In this document: positions 30,495-40,769 of the stretch, one piece after another
How positions within the stretch are numbered: position 1 is the stretch's first letter
Layout: each line of letters starts with the position of its first letter
Source: a plasmid
Length of the DNA stretch: 64,000 nt
Sequence record: AP029160.1
Strand: one strand, 5' to 3'
Position numbers and translations under genes: made by a program
Notes under the pieces: generated by a model
What the model was told of the DNA's origin: nothing
What the model saw: the letters and a program-made list of their open reading frames with translations, nothing else
Databases searched by the model: none

Positions 30495-31343
30495 ATGAAT
30501 TTTGATTACTATAGGAGAAATATGGATTTATTAAAAATACAAAAATTATACAAAATTACTTTTGTATTTTTTATATTTTTTATACTTAAAAAAGTAGCAT
30601 TTGCCGATGATCTGTGCCCAGCTCCTTGGAAAATTGGAATTTATGATAACCCACCTTTTCAAACATTAATAAATGAAAAGGAAAGTGGCCTAGATATAGA
30701 TATTATTACGGAAGTAGTAAAAAGACTGAATTGTAAAGTTTTATTAATTAAAATTCCATGGAGCAGACAATTTTATGAAGCCAAAACAGGAAAACTCGAT
30801 ATCATAATGGGAGCGGGAAAAAGAAAAGATAGAGAAGAATATTTATATTATTTAACACCTTATAAAAATCTTCCTTCAGTTATTGCATTCATGAATAGTT
30901 CTAAAACTCCTAAATCATTTAATTTAAGTAATTTAAAAAATATGGATATTACTATTGGAGCTTTAATAGGCGCAGTTTATAGTGACGAATATGAAAATTT
31001 AATAAAAGATCCGGAATTTTCCTCAAAAATTGAACTTTCTTCTAAAACTGAATTAATTATTAATAAATTAAGGCTAGGAAGAATAGAGGGTGCCTTTTTC
31101 ACTGGGATTTTAGAGGTAAAAAATCTGATGCCTAAAGAGTACAAAAACAATGAATTAATTATTTATCCAATATCTTCAGTTGACTATGGATATTTTGCAT
31201 ACAGCAAAAAAACTTTTGACCTTATAAAGGCAAAAAAGATAGATAAAGTCATTCAAGACATGAACTCTGATGGAACTATAAAAAAACTAATGAAGAAATA
31301 TTTCAATCAAAATGAAATTAAAAGCATATCTGTATCTTCTTAA
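30495..31343 (+). CDS. Family-3 periplasmic solute-binding protein
   Basis: 282 aa with a signal peptide and IPWSRQFYEA (compare YPWSR in the paralogues). Confidence 0.55.
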   Translation: MNFDYYRRNMDLLKIQKLYKITFVFFIFFILKKVAFADDLCPAPWKIGIYDNPPFQTLINEKESGLDIDIITEVVKRLNCKVLLIKIPWSRQFYEAKTGKLDIIMGAGKRKDREEYLYYLTPYKNLPSVIAFMNSSKTPKSFNLSNLKNMDITIGALIGAVYSDEYENLIKDPEFSSKIELSSKTELIINKLRLGRIEGAFFTGILEVKNLMPKEYKNNELIIYPISSVDYGYFAYSKKTFDLIKAKKIDKVIQDMNSDGTIKKLMKKYFNQNEIKSISVSS

Positions 31344-31576
31344 AAATTGGCACTGAATATCTTTTAAAGGAAATTTAACTCTTCTATAGTCAAAAAATAA
31401 AACACCAATGAATCAATTAAAATCATTTAATTAACCTGATTTTGAAAAATTCAAAAAATCGCCTAAATAATAATCAACTATAAACTAATCTCTTGTTTGC
31501 AAATTTAAAACATCATCCAAATTGGAGAAAATTACAAAAGCTATATTTGAAGAACAAATTTACAAAGAAATATATA

Positions 31577-31645
31577 AAAAACCCCTCACAAGAGGGGTTG
31601 TCTCGAGGAGTGAGACAGGATCTTGGAAATCCCGCTTCCAGTTTA
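31577..31645 (+). terminator. Two consecutive hairpins followed by a T-run
   Basis: ACCCCTCACAAGAGGGGTT, then GTCTCGAGGAGTGAGAC, then ...TTTTTTTT. Confidence 0.4.
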
Positions 31646-31955
31646 GCAAATTTTTTTTGAAAAAAAAGAGATTTTCAAATTAAATCGAAATTATATTTAA
31701 AATTAAACGAAATTAATTACAACAGATTTGAAATACCTTTTGTTATTAATCAGAAAGACATCAATTCTTTTCTTATCAGCAGAAAACTGTCTTAATAAAA
31801 ACTTTGGTACATAATGATGCTTACGTTCTTGAGCCATAGGAATCTCCAGTTAGTATTTCCTTGCTGAATTTTTCTTGTGATGTTATTTTATTTTTAGTTA
31901 ATGCCTCGATTTACAATCTGTGTTTTTATAAAAATGTTTTTGTAATAAATATAAA

Positions 31956-32564
31956 TTAATTCAAACAATGCCCATTTTGTAATTTTTTTATCTTTTGATT
32001 AAATTCATCGAAACTTATTTTGTAGGCAATTTCATCTTTTTGTGGCCATACTTTCATTACATATGTAATTATATTTTGGTGGCGTATAATTTGTTCTTTC
32101 CCCACTATCCAACTTTCAACATTCATTTCTTTTATTTTTGGATACATTAACCTATAGTAATCTTCCATTGCAGCTTGATTATCTGCGTTTTCAGCAAAAA
32201 TTAACAGCGCAACAATCTGATTGCATTTTAAACAAGGCAAAATTTTACTTGGAATTTTATGATAATTAGGCATTATATTTTGTTGGAAATGATGAGAATC
32301 TGTTTCTTTCATTTTTGATTGAGTTGATTTTTCAATTTCAGCAATCATTGATTTTGTTATTGGTTCAAGTATTTCTAAGCGTCTTTTTGTCGTAGGATCT
32401 TGTGGATCTCCGACTACTTCACTTGAGAAATGACACATTCCTTTTTTTTCGCTTACAACAATTCTTCCCAGATCTCCTAAATTTTCATGTCGAATGATAT
32501 AGGCAACTGAATTTTGAATGATTTCTTTTCGACAAGAAATTCCTTTTGGTAATGTGTAATTCAT
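31956..32564 (-). CDS. Hypothetical protein with four Cys (C11, C44, CxxC at 113-116); second gene of a two-gene operon
   Basis: 202 aa. 13 bp downstream of 32578..33705. Confidence 0.3.
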   Translation of the reverse strand: MNYTLPKGISCRKEIIQNSVAYIIRHENLGDLGRIVVSEKKGMCHFSSEVVGDPQDPTTKRRLEILEPITKSMIAEIEKSTQSKMKETDSHHFQQNIMPNYHKIPSKILPCLKCNQIVALLIFAENADNQAAMEDYYRLMYPKIKEMNVESWIVGKEQIIRHQNIITYVMKVWPQKDEIAYKISFDEFNQKIKKLQNGHCLN

Positions 32565-32577
32565 TTAATTATCCTTT

Positions 32578-33705
32578 TTAATCTTCATTGACTTCTTGAA
32601 TATTTGTGGGGAGATTTAACTCCCATTGTTTTCCTTTTTTTATCAGGGTTCCCTGGCATACGATTGGAACTTTTTTGTCATGAGCTACCACAAATTTAGA
32701 ATCATCATCATCAGCAGCACGAATAATTATCGAAGAAAGTTTACCGTCAATTTGAGTTTTAACTGTAACTTTACCTTCAGATTGATTTGCATCTCGTTGT
32801 AATTTTACAATCAATCCAAATATTTTTTCGTCTGGACGAGGTTCTTGATTCGTAAAACGTTTGGCAGCTTCTTCAAGAATACCGCTCCAACGTCCATAAA
32901 AATGTTGCCTGTAGATGGGTTTATTTGAGGGCCTAGAGTTGGCCCATGTGATACTTAATTCTACTTTCTCGGATAATTTAGTTAAATTAGATAGAGCTTG
33001 GCAGATATTCGCATTTACCCCATGTTCTATCCTTGATGAAAATACATCAAAATCCTGACTTGTTTCAGAAATGGTAAGTGCTTTATGTGTTGCTTCTAGA
33101 GCTTCACATAATTTTAATGTTACCTTTCTTTCAAAAGGCTCATCTTCTAAGGAAATCTCATCTCTATTCTTTGAAAATGAAGGATTTACGGGTGAAAGGA
33201 GTGTAAAAATAAAACTTCCTCTTTCCGTGTGGCCTAGTTTGAGTTTTGAAATATAGTTTGCAACTTGGTCTGGCTTCTTCCCTAAATAAGCCGCTCGCGG
33301 CTCTAAAGCAGAGCATGCAGAGGCGTTTGTAAGCTCGTAAATACTCTTTATGGCATCGACTCCTTGCGTTGCAGGAACCCCCTCTGTTGCGCTATTTTCT
33401 GTAATGCGCACTCGAATGACATCGACTTCCGATTTTTTTAATGCTGAGATAATCTCAATTTGAGAACGTTTTTCTTGTTTTTCCAATACACTGACAAGAT
33501 CTCTTATCCTAAATGCATAATCTCCAAATTCTGTTTTAAGTGGACAGAGGACTTCATATGTTTCATTATCTACTTCTTTTTCCCAGATATTTGCTTTGCC
33601 TGGTATGGATTTAGCTGGTCGCCATCCATTAGAGGAAAGATATGAAGAAATATTGTTAGGAGTGATTTGAGAAAAAGTTTCAGAATCTTTTATATCAACC
33701 TTCAT
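32578..33705 (-). CDS. Hypothetical protein, no recognisable domain; first gene of the two-gene operon
   Basis: 375 aa. Locally higher GC than the surrounding DNA. Directly abuts the truncated IS6 copy D. Confidence 0.3.
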   Translation of the reverse strand: MKVDIKDSETFSQITPNNISSYLSSNGWRPAKSIPGKANIWEKEVDNETYEVLCPLKTEFGDYAFRIRDLVSVLEKQEKRSQIEIISALKKSEVDVIRVRITENSATEGVPATQGVDAIKSIYELTNASACSALEPRAAYLGKKPDQVANYISKLKLGHTERGSFIFTLLSPVNPSFSKNRDEISLEDEPFERKVTLKLCEALEATHKALTISETSQDFDVFSSRIEHGVNANICQALSNLTKLSEKVELSITWANSRPSNKPIYRQHFYGRWSGILEEAAKRFTNQEPRPDEKIFGLIVKLQRDANQSEGKVTVKTQIDGKLSSIIIRAADDDDSKFVVAHDKKVPIVCQGTLIKKGKQWELNLPTNIQEVNED

Positions 33706-33804
33706 ATTTTCTCATCCTCATGTAGTTTTTTAAAAAGCAGATCAAGTTGTTCTTTATTAAATATATTTGGTTTTGGACCGTCTAATAGGGACACCCCATA
33801 GAGA

Positions 33805-34139
33805 TAACACCATTCACCTTTTACTTTGATGTAAGTCTCATCCATTCGCCAACTTCCACAGATACGCTTTCTAAGCTTATAAAACTTCTTAAGTAATTTT
33901 GGACTGTATTCCACACTCCAACGATGAATGGTCGTGTGATCTACAAAAATACCACGCTCTGCTAAAAGTTCTTCTACTTGCCTGTAACTTAGGGAGTAGC
34001 TTACATACCAACGTATTGCCATTATTATAATCATACGATCAGATCAGAATGCTTCCACTTGAAATCCATCGCCACTCCCTCAAACAACTCAAAAAGAAAG
34101 TTACTATACTCTCACTTCTATATTTTTTGCAACAGAACC
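33805..34139 (-). mobile_element. IS6-family insertion sequence, copy D, 3'-truncated (left ~335 bp only), variant 3
   Basis: Left inverted repeat at 34139. Homology ends after GEWCYLY; at the breakpoint the junction reads GGGGTGTCCCTATTAG, similar to the GGGACACCCCTAATAGGG motif flanking IS6 right ends in the lipoprotein units. Confidence 0.7.
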
Positions 34140-34140
34140 A

Positions 34141-34225
34141 AAATTTGGGCGCAAATTAATTGAAATTATCGTTTTGCTTTGGCGCACGCTATTTGAAATC
34201 GGGCGCACAATAATTGAATTTATAC
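34141..34225. repeat. Second copy of the GC-box intergenic element (three boxes)
   Basis: AAAATTTGGGCGCAAATTAATTGAAATTATCGTTTTGCTTTGGCGCACGCTATTTGAAATCGGGCGCACAATAATTGAAT, near-identical to 2612..2715 minus a 31-bp internal duplication. Confidence 0.5.
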
Positions 34226-34302
34226 AAAAATACAATTTTTTTAATTAATTTATAAATGAATTTTCTTATTTTTATTATTTATTTAGAAAGCTTAATTTTT
34301 AT

Positions 34303-35172
34303 CTATTTTGAATTTTTTGTACCTGAATCAATATTAGCGGGTTCAATTTTAAAATCCCTTGTTAGAGGAACAAGAGAATCGGGACCAAACCATTTATTAA
34401 AAATTTCTTTTGCTCTTCCTGATTTCTCCATATCTTCTAAAGTATCATTAATGAGTTTTAATAAATCATCTGAATTTTTCCTTACACCAATTCCATAAGG
34501 CTCCGAAGAAATATCAAAGTTTGTTATTTGAAAATCAGATTTACTTTTCATATTTGAAAGAATCCCAGCTAGAACTGATTCATCTGTTGTAATTGCAAAA
34601 ATTTTCTCAAGGTAAAGTGCGTGCGCTGCTTGGGAATAATCTTCTAATCCTAGAACAGTTGCTTTAGGAAGATATTTTTTGGTATTTGTTTCAGCTGTTG
34701 AACCTTTTGAAGTAATAATTATTTTACCATCTAAATCTTTTAATTCATTGACAGTACCTTTATGAACTAAAAATTTCTGTTTTGAAACAAAATATTGATG
34801 ACTAAAGTCAATTTCTTCTTTTCTTTTACTAGTTATTGTCATTGTACATATTAAAATATCTACTTCTTTTTTTATTAACAATGGGATTCTTGTAGATGAA
34901 GTAACTGCTTTAAAAACAGGCTTGACATTTAGCCTATTTGCAATCTCATTAGCAAAATCTATATCATACCCTTCTAATATTCTTGTTTTTTTATCGATTT
35001 TCTTTAAATATCCAAATGGAATTACGTTGTCTTTTATACCAAAAATAATCTCATTTTTCTTTTTAATTTCTGGAATAATATCTGCATAAGATAATTGATT
35101 ATAAGATATGAATTGGCATATAAAAGCAAAGAATATAATAAATTTTATAATAAAATAACTTAATTTAGTCAT
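34303..35172 (-). CDS. Family-3 periplasmic solute-binding protein, co-transcribed with the MCP
   Basis: 289 aa with a signal peptide; start overlaps the MCP stop by 4 nt. Confidence 0.55.
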   Translation of the reverse strand: MTKLSYFIIKFIIFFAFICQFISYNQLSYADIIPEIKKKNEIIFGIKDNVIPFGYLKKIDKKTRILEGYDIDFANEIANRLNVKPVFKAVTSSTRIPLLIKKEVDILICTMTITSKRKEEIDFSHQYFVSKQKFLVHKGTVNELKDLDGKIIITSKGSTAETNTKKYLPKATVLGLEDYSQAAHALYLEKIFAITTDESVLAGILSNMKSKSDFQITNFDISSEPYGIGVRKNSDDLLKLINDTLEDMEKSGRAKEIFNKWFGPDSLVPLTRDFKIEPANIDSGTKNSK

Positions 35173-36659
35173 AAATCTCCTTTAATTAATATTTCAATTT
35201 CTTTTGCTGTTTTGTCTAATTTAGTGCTTTCATCTACTAATTTAATTGCAGAATTTGAGTTAGTTTCAGCCGCCCCCTTACAGTATTGAGTAGTTTTATC
35301 AATATCTCCCATTGATGAAGCAATTTGTCTTACACCAACCTCTTGCTCTTGCGTAGCCTCAGATATATGTGAAATAGTATTTGTCATAGTTGAAATATCT
35401 TCTGCAATTTTTTGGAAAGCATTTTGAGCTTCTGTCGTTACTAATTTTCCTTCATCAATTCTTTCTTTTGTTATTCCAAGAATCTTATTTACTTGTTCCT
35501 GACTTTTTGTAATTAATTCTTGAATTTCATTTGCTGATTTACCACTTATTTTTGCCAATGCCCCAACTTCTTCTGCAACAACAGCAAATCCTTTACCGTG
35601 TTCTCCTGCCCTTGCAGATTCTATTGAAGCGTTTAAGGATAATAACTCAGTCTTTGCAACAATCTCATTAATTACAGTTGTTTTAGAGTTTATTTGTGAA
35701 ATAATTTCAGCAATTTCTTGTAATTTATTATTTGATTCTTGGATATTTTGCATCGCAAATACAAGTTTCCGCATTATTGCCTGGCCTTCATTTGCTTTTG
35801 AAGTCGCACTTTCTGCAATTTTTCTAGATTCATTTGAGTTTTCAGACGTTCTATTTACCATACTTGTAATCTGATTGACCGCAGCCCCCGTTTTTAAAAC
35901 AGCTTCTCCTTGTTCAATAACTGTTTGAGACAATGAATTTGCATCTTTTTTTAAAAGCATAGCAATATCATTTGTTGAAATACTTTGTTTCTTTAAATTT
36001 TCGATCCCATGAATAATAGAACTTGTTGAGATATTTACAATTCTAAAGATTATAATTGAAATAATTAAACTTAGTGTAAATATTATAATCATTCCAATAA
36101 TGGTTATTTTAGTAAAGTAAGCCCCTTTTCTAGTAGAATTAAGTGCTCCTTTATAATTAATATCAGCAATTTCAAAAAAACTCGATTCTGCTTTTTTCAT
36201 AAGAGGTAATGCTTTTGTTTTAATTAAATTAAGAGCTCCTTTTTCATCATTTTTTTCTGTGTTTTTAAAAATTTCATTTACCAAAGAGCGAATTTCATCC
36301 CATATTGGTAAAAATTTTTGCAATTCAGCACGCTCTTCTTTCTCTGTGATTTCTGTTTCATATATGGTAATTAAGGCATTTATTGACTTTATTGTGTCAT
36401 TTATTACAGCTAATTGATCTTGATATTCATCTTTATCTGAAATGGTTAAAAGTTCAAATTGAAGCGACTTTAATAATATAATTCTTGCAACAATGCGTTG
36501 AGCAGTATCAACGCTTGGTAACCAGCTTAGACCTGTTTCATCAGCAAATTTATTTGTTGTGATAATCATTGAAATTGTATAAATTGAAGTAATAAATATT
36601 AAACTAAGTAAGATAAATATTGAAGTATAAAGTTTAAATGGTAAGCTTTTCTTTTTCAT
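35169..36659 (-). CDS. Methyl-accepting chemotaxis protein
   Basis: Two transmembrane segments flanking a periplasmic 4-helix-bundle-like region, then the MCP signalling domain (LLSLNASIESARAGEHGKGFAVVAEEVGALA). Confidence 0.8.
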   Translation of the reverse strand: MKKKSLPFKLYTSIFILLSLIFITSIYTISMIITTNKFADETGLSWLPSVDTAQRIVARIILLKSLQFELLTISDKDEYQDQLAVINDTIKSINALITIYETEITEKEERAELQKFLPIWDEIRSLVNEIFKNTEKNDEKGALNLIKTKALPLMKKAESSFFEIADINYKGALNSTRKGAYFTKITIIGMIIIFTLSLIISIIIFRIVNISTSSIIHGIENLKKQSISTNDIAMLLKKDANSLSQTVIEQGEAVLKTGAAVNQITSMVNRTSENSNESRKIAESATSKANEGQAIMRKLVFAMQNIQESNNKLQEIAEIISQINSKTTVINEIVAKTELLSLNASIESARAGEHGKGFAVVAEEVGALAKISGKSANEIQELITKSQEQVNKILGITKERIDEGKLVTTEAQNAFQKIAEDISTMTNTISHISEATQEQEVGVRQIASSMGDIDKTTQYCKGAAETNSNSAIKLVDESTKLDKTAKEIEILIKGDL

Positions 36660-36953
36660 TTTATTTCTCTTTATAAAAATTGTTAGTATTTATATTTTAT
36701 ATTAATTAAGTGTTAAATCATGTCAAATTTTTTCTATTCTCTATTAGTGATAATAAAATTACAAAATAAATGATGGTAACAGAATATTAAAACATTATTG
36801 GAATTTAAAAAACTCTAAAAATGTATGCCTAACTATTTTGCAATTCGAAGAAAACGATGGTTTATTTGATGCTTTTTTTATTTCAAATACTACGATTAGA
36901 TAGTATTTGCTAAACCGCCTTTTTTCCGTTCCAGCCGCTCGGTACCCCTACTA

Positions 36954-36992
36954 GGGGTTATTTGCAAGAATCCCCGAGATTATATACCAAGA
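36954..36992. repeat. Tn3-family inverted repeat (IRR, 37/39 identical to 5992..6030), moved here by the IS6-mediated inversion
   Basis: GGGGTTATTTGCAAGAATCCCCGAGATTATATACCAAGA, about 90 bp from the GNAT 3' end. Confidence 0.55.
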
Positions 36993-37079
36993 TGAACTTA
37001 TTCTTTAATATGAAGAATATCTTTTCTTTTTGAGTGGATCTAATAACAATCAGATTTAAGAATATCTAATGTAAGCCCC

Positions 37080-37275
37080 TTAAAGTATCAACTCTAAATC
37101 AATTTCATCCCTAATAGGAATGCCATAATCTCCTATTTCTGGGCATGGCTTTATTTTTCTGGCAATTTCCATTGAGTTAATATGTATACAGCAAATATGA
37201 AAACCTCTTCTTTGATAGAATCTTAATGCATCAAGATTATCATTATGCGTCATAAGATAGAGCCTCTTGCAGAGT
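37080..37275 (-). pseudogene. GNAT acetyltransferase, C-terminal part (continues 9944..10235)
   Basis: The reverse complement reads ACTCTGCA|agaggctc... giving LCKRLYLMTHNDNLDALRFYQRRGFHICC..., the GNAT C-terminal motif. The 8-bp ACTCTGCA is identical to the 8 bp preceding IS6 copy A at 10228..10235. Confidence 0.65.
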
Positions 37276-38095
37276 GGTTCTGTTGCAAATAATTAGAAGC
37301 CACGAAACATTGGGTTGTTACTTTTCAAGAATGTCCTCTGTAGGTGCAATTATCCAGCGAGGGAGCAAAATTGCTCCCAAATAGGCAAATGACTTTTAAA
37401 TTTGAATTGCCCTTTTCTGAGCATATGATGGAGTTCAATACCTGCTAAAGTAGCTCTCGCCGATTTCAATGAGAAGAAACCAAGCATAGGCTTTACTTTC
37501 TTTTTTATAAATCGATGGTCTTGCTCTACAAGGTTATTTAAATATTTATTTTGTCTTATTAGAACTTTATCTTCAGATTTAAGATCTTTGTTGATAGCCT
37601 TTAATGCTGCCGTATTAGAGCCACTTTTATCAATATTTACCTTTTCTGGGATTCCAGAAGAACGAAAGCATTTTTGGAAAAAACGTTTGGCACTTGTTGT
37701 ATCTCTTCGTTTTGAAAGGTAAATATCAATCGTTTGACCATGCTTATCCACGGCTCTATAGAGATAACACCATTCACCTTTTACTTTGATGTAAGTCTCA
37801 TCCATTCGCCAACTTCCACAGATACGCTTTCTAAGCTTATAAAACTTCTTAAGTAATTTTGGACTGTATTCCACAATCCAACGATGAATGGTCGTGTGAT
37901 CTACAAAAATACCACGCTCTGCTAAAAGTTCTTCTACTTGCCTATAACTTAGGGAGTAGCCTACATACCAACGGATTGCCATTATGATAATCATACGATC
38001 AGTATGCTTCCACTTGAAATCCATCGCCACTCCCCTCAAACAACTCCAAAAAAAAGTTACTCCACTCTCACTTATATATTTTTTGCAACAGAACC
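37276..38095 (-). mobile_element. IS6-family insertion sequence, copy E, variant 1
   Basis: Transposase ORF 37350..38039 (-). Confidence 0.85.
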
Positions 38096-38638
38096 TGCTA
38101 ATGAACCTCTTAAAGAAAGATTACTTACAAACAACTGGGAGGAAATGCAAAGATTTGCTGCTTCTGTGAAGTTTGGATATATTCCTGCATCATTATTAAT
38201 GACAAGAGTTCTTGCTTATACAAAAAGAAACATGGTTACAAAAGCACTGTAGAACATGGGAAATGTATAAGAACTTTACATTCAATGCGTTGCATGAATG
38301 ACATAAACCACAGAAGGGATATGCAAAAGCAGCTAAATAAAGGTGAGAATGTAAACAATTTAAGAGGATTTTTACGCTTTGGAAACTCTGGTAAAATGAG
38401 AAAATCTCAGGAAGAAAGTCAGGATTGTCAGGCTGCTTGTATTACGTTGCTCACCAACTTAGTCATCATATGGAATACAAAATACATTGAAATTGTTATT
38501 AATGAATTAAAAAAATCAGGAAAAGTCATTCGTGACAAGGATATTCAATATATTACTCCATGTAGATTTGGACATATTAATAAATATGGAAAATACAATT
38601 TAGATTTGGAAAATGGTTTAAGAAAATGGTCAATTTAG
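38096..38638 (+). pseudogene. Tn3-family tnpA 3' fragment (second lineage), 5'-truncated by IS6 and with an internal stop
   Basis: NNWEEMQRFAASVKFGYIPASLLMTRVLAYTKRN...QKQLNKGENVNNLRGFLRFGNSG...IIWNTKYIE...HINKYGKYNLD, the Tn3 TnpA C-terminal signature. No inverted repeat found downstream. Confidence 0.6.
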
Positions 38639-38729
38639 AAGGATAAAGATTGATTAAATTTTTTCTTAATGCTAGTATGTAGGCCTTCTGCAGAGAATTT
38701 TTAAAATGAATGAATAAATTCTTACATTT

Positions 38730-39218
38730 TTGAATGTTTTACATTCAAAAAAAATCAAGCTATTTAGAATAAAGAAAAATATAAATTTATTATATTTTTC
38801 TTTTTTTGGAGTATCTATGAAATTTTGTGGAAAAGTACTTTTAATTTTGAATATCATTAATTTTAATCCAATTTTTGCGGGTGGTTTGTTTAGTAAAGAA
38901 AATGAAGAAAGATCTATAATTGAATTTAATGACGAGGTTATTAAAATTAATGAATATATTGAAAGAATTAAATATTTTGAAAGAGAAGGAGAAAAAGAAT
39001 TAAATATACCTTATCAACACTCAAAAAAAAACAATGAATTTCATGATTTAGCAGTCAATAATCTTGAAAAAATCAAACAATATAAGATACAAGCCGAAAA
39101 TGCATTTAATTCAAGTAATCAATTATATTTTTATGAAAAAATTTTGGAAGATGTTAAACTAAATTTTTGGGATTTAAAGCAGAATGTAGAAAAATCTTTA
39201 AGAGGTATTTCTTACTAA
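38730..39218 (+). CDS. Secreted Glu/Lys-rich hypothetical protein
   Basis: 162 aa. The ORF-track start is likely too early; a signal-peptide-like MKFCGKVLLILNIINFNPIFA begins at 38818. Confidence 0.3.
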   Translation: MNVLHSKKIKLFRIKKNINLLYFSFFGVSMKFCGKVLLILNIINFNPIFAGGLFSKENEERSIIEFNDEVIKINEYIERIKYFEREGEKELNIPYQHSKKNNEFHDLAVNNLEKIKQYKIQAENAFNSSNQLYFYEKILEDVKLNFWDLKQNVEKSLRGISY

Positions 39219-39269
39219 TCACTAGTTGCAATTAATATAATTTTCTCACAATACAAATACGAGGATTGA

Positions 39270-40517
39270 ATGTTTAAAAGAATATTTATATTATTAATTA
39301 TTATCTTTATTTACAATAAAAGCTTTGCTAATAATGTTCCATTTCAAGCTTCTATTTTATATCCTATAATTAAAGATATGGAAAATAAATATGTGTTAGA
39401 TATTTTTGAAAATTATAATTGTGGAGGTGTTGCAGATTCAGTAGAAGAATTTTATTTTAATTGGAGTGATGAGAGAACTGTGAGAGAAAACTTAGACAAT
39501 CTCAGCGAAGCGGTTTTTAGTATAAAAGAATATCAAGAAAATCCTTTCGAACTAAATAAGGTTCAATCTAATAGCAGGCTTAAGAGGTTTGCTTTTCCGA
39601 AATTACATATTCCAACAAGCAAAAGTATTAGAAATTTTCATAAATTAAGCCATACTGGAAAAGGTATTATTTGCAAGATAATTAGGAAAAAATCCCTAAT
39701 TATCTACAATGAAATAAATATTAAAAAAAATAATATTCCTGATAATTTACAAGAATACATTAAAGAATTCCATCCAATACCAGAAAGTTATCATGATGGA
39801 TTTATACAAACTTTAAATAATACTGGCGATGAAGTTTCTATAATAACTTCTATTATAAATAAATTTTTATTTGCTGTTCCTGGAAAAATTGTATATGATG
39901 TTGGATCAGGATTTGGAATAAATACTAAACGAGCATTAGAGAAAGGCGCTAAGCAAGTTGTTGCTATAGACTTTTCAACAGAACAACTACAAACAGTTAT
40001 AACTAGATCTCCTAGAGATAAAGTTGACAATTTATTTATTTTAAAAGGGAAAATTCCTGAAATTTTTGAAAATAATATTGAAAATCAAGCTGATATAATT
40101 TTATTATCACATGTATTGCATTACTTGAATCCTACGGAAGCAGAGTATGCGTTAATTGGAATAAACAAAATACTTAAAAAAGGAGGAACGCTTTATATTC
40201 AGGCTCTAACATATAAAGCAGCTCCATATACTGAAAATTATAACAAAAATAAAATGCTTCTTTACTTAGAATTGTTTAAAAGACAAGACGAATATGAAAA
40301 ATCGGTAGCAAGTGGTAACAAGTATAATACTTGGCCTACATATATAGATTCAGCTAATGATTCACTCACTATGATCCATCCACAATATCTTCCAGCGCTC
40401 ATTGAAGCTTGTAAAAGAAATGGTTTTAAAATATTGGAAACTGAAACCTATAATTTAATAAATGGTCAGAAAAATGAATCTGGCGACGCTATTGGTATCA
40501 TAGCTATAAAAGAATAA
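39270..40517 (+). CDS. Secreted two-domain protein: unknown N-domain plus a class-I SAM-dependent methyltransferase
   Basis: Signal peptide MFKRIFILLIIIFIYNKSFA. Methyltransferase motif I VYDVGSGFGINT; post-I acidic residue in VVAIDFS; motif IV-like ILLSHVLHYL. Confidence 0.55.
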   Translation: MFKRIFILLIIIFIYNKSFANNVPFQASILYPIIKDMENKYVLDIFENYNCGGVADSVEEFYFNWSDERTVRENLDNLSEAVFSIKEYQENPFELNKVQSNSRLKRFAFPKLHIPTSKSIRNFHKLSHTGKGIICKIIRKKSLIIYNEINIKKNNIPDNLQEYIKEFHPIPESYHDGFIQTLNNTGDEVSIITSIINKFLFAVPGKIVYDVGSGFGINTKRALEKGAKQVVAIDFSTEQLQTVITRSPRDKVDNLFILKGKIPEIFENNIENQADIILLSHVLHYLNPTEAEYALIGINKILKKGGTLYIQALTYKAAPYTENYNKNKMLLYLELFKRQDEYEKSVASGNKYNTWPTYIDSANDSLTMIHPQYLPALIEACKRNGFKILETETYNLINGQKNESGDAIGIIAIKE

Positions 40518-40539
40518 AAAATTTTCTAAATTTATTAAG

Positions 40540-40769
40540 ATATTGAGCGTTCTGTTGGGGAAGTTGTGACAACTATCGACTGCATTATTGCATCAGGGGT
40601 TCAATTTATAGCGATAAAGGAAAGCATCAAAATCAAAGATAGACAGGATTTACATACAAAAGTCATGATTACCATGTTTAGCTTATTCGCAGAAGTTGAA
40701 CGGGAGCTTAACTCTCTACGCACAAAAGAGGCTTTGGCATCCCTCAAAGCAGAGGGAATAAAGTTAGGA
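40540..40769 (+). pseudogene. Serine-recombinase internal fragment
   Basis: ...FSLFAEVERELNSLRTKEALASLKAEGIKLGG (the resolvase alpha-E region), truncated by IS6 copy F. Confidence 0.45.

Noticed and set aside
37984-38252. ORFs MIIIRSVCFHLKSIATPLKQ... and MLPLEIHRHSPQTTPKKSYSTLTYIFFATEP... (also 40601..40861, 56526..56723, and the N-terminus of 15023..15970)
   Set aside because: Antisense translations across the IS6 left end, repeated with every copy.
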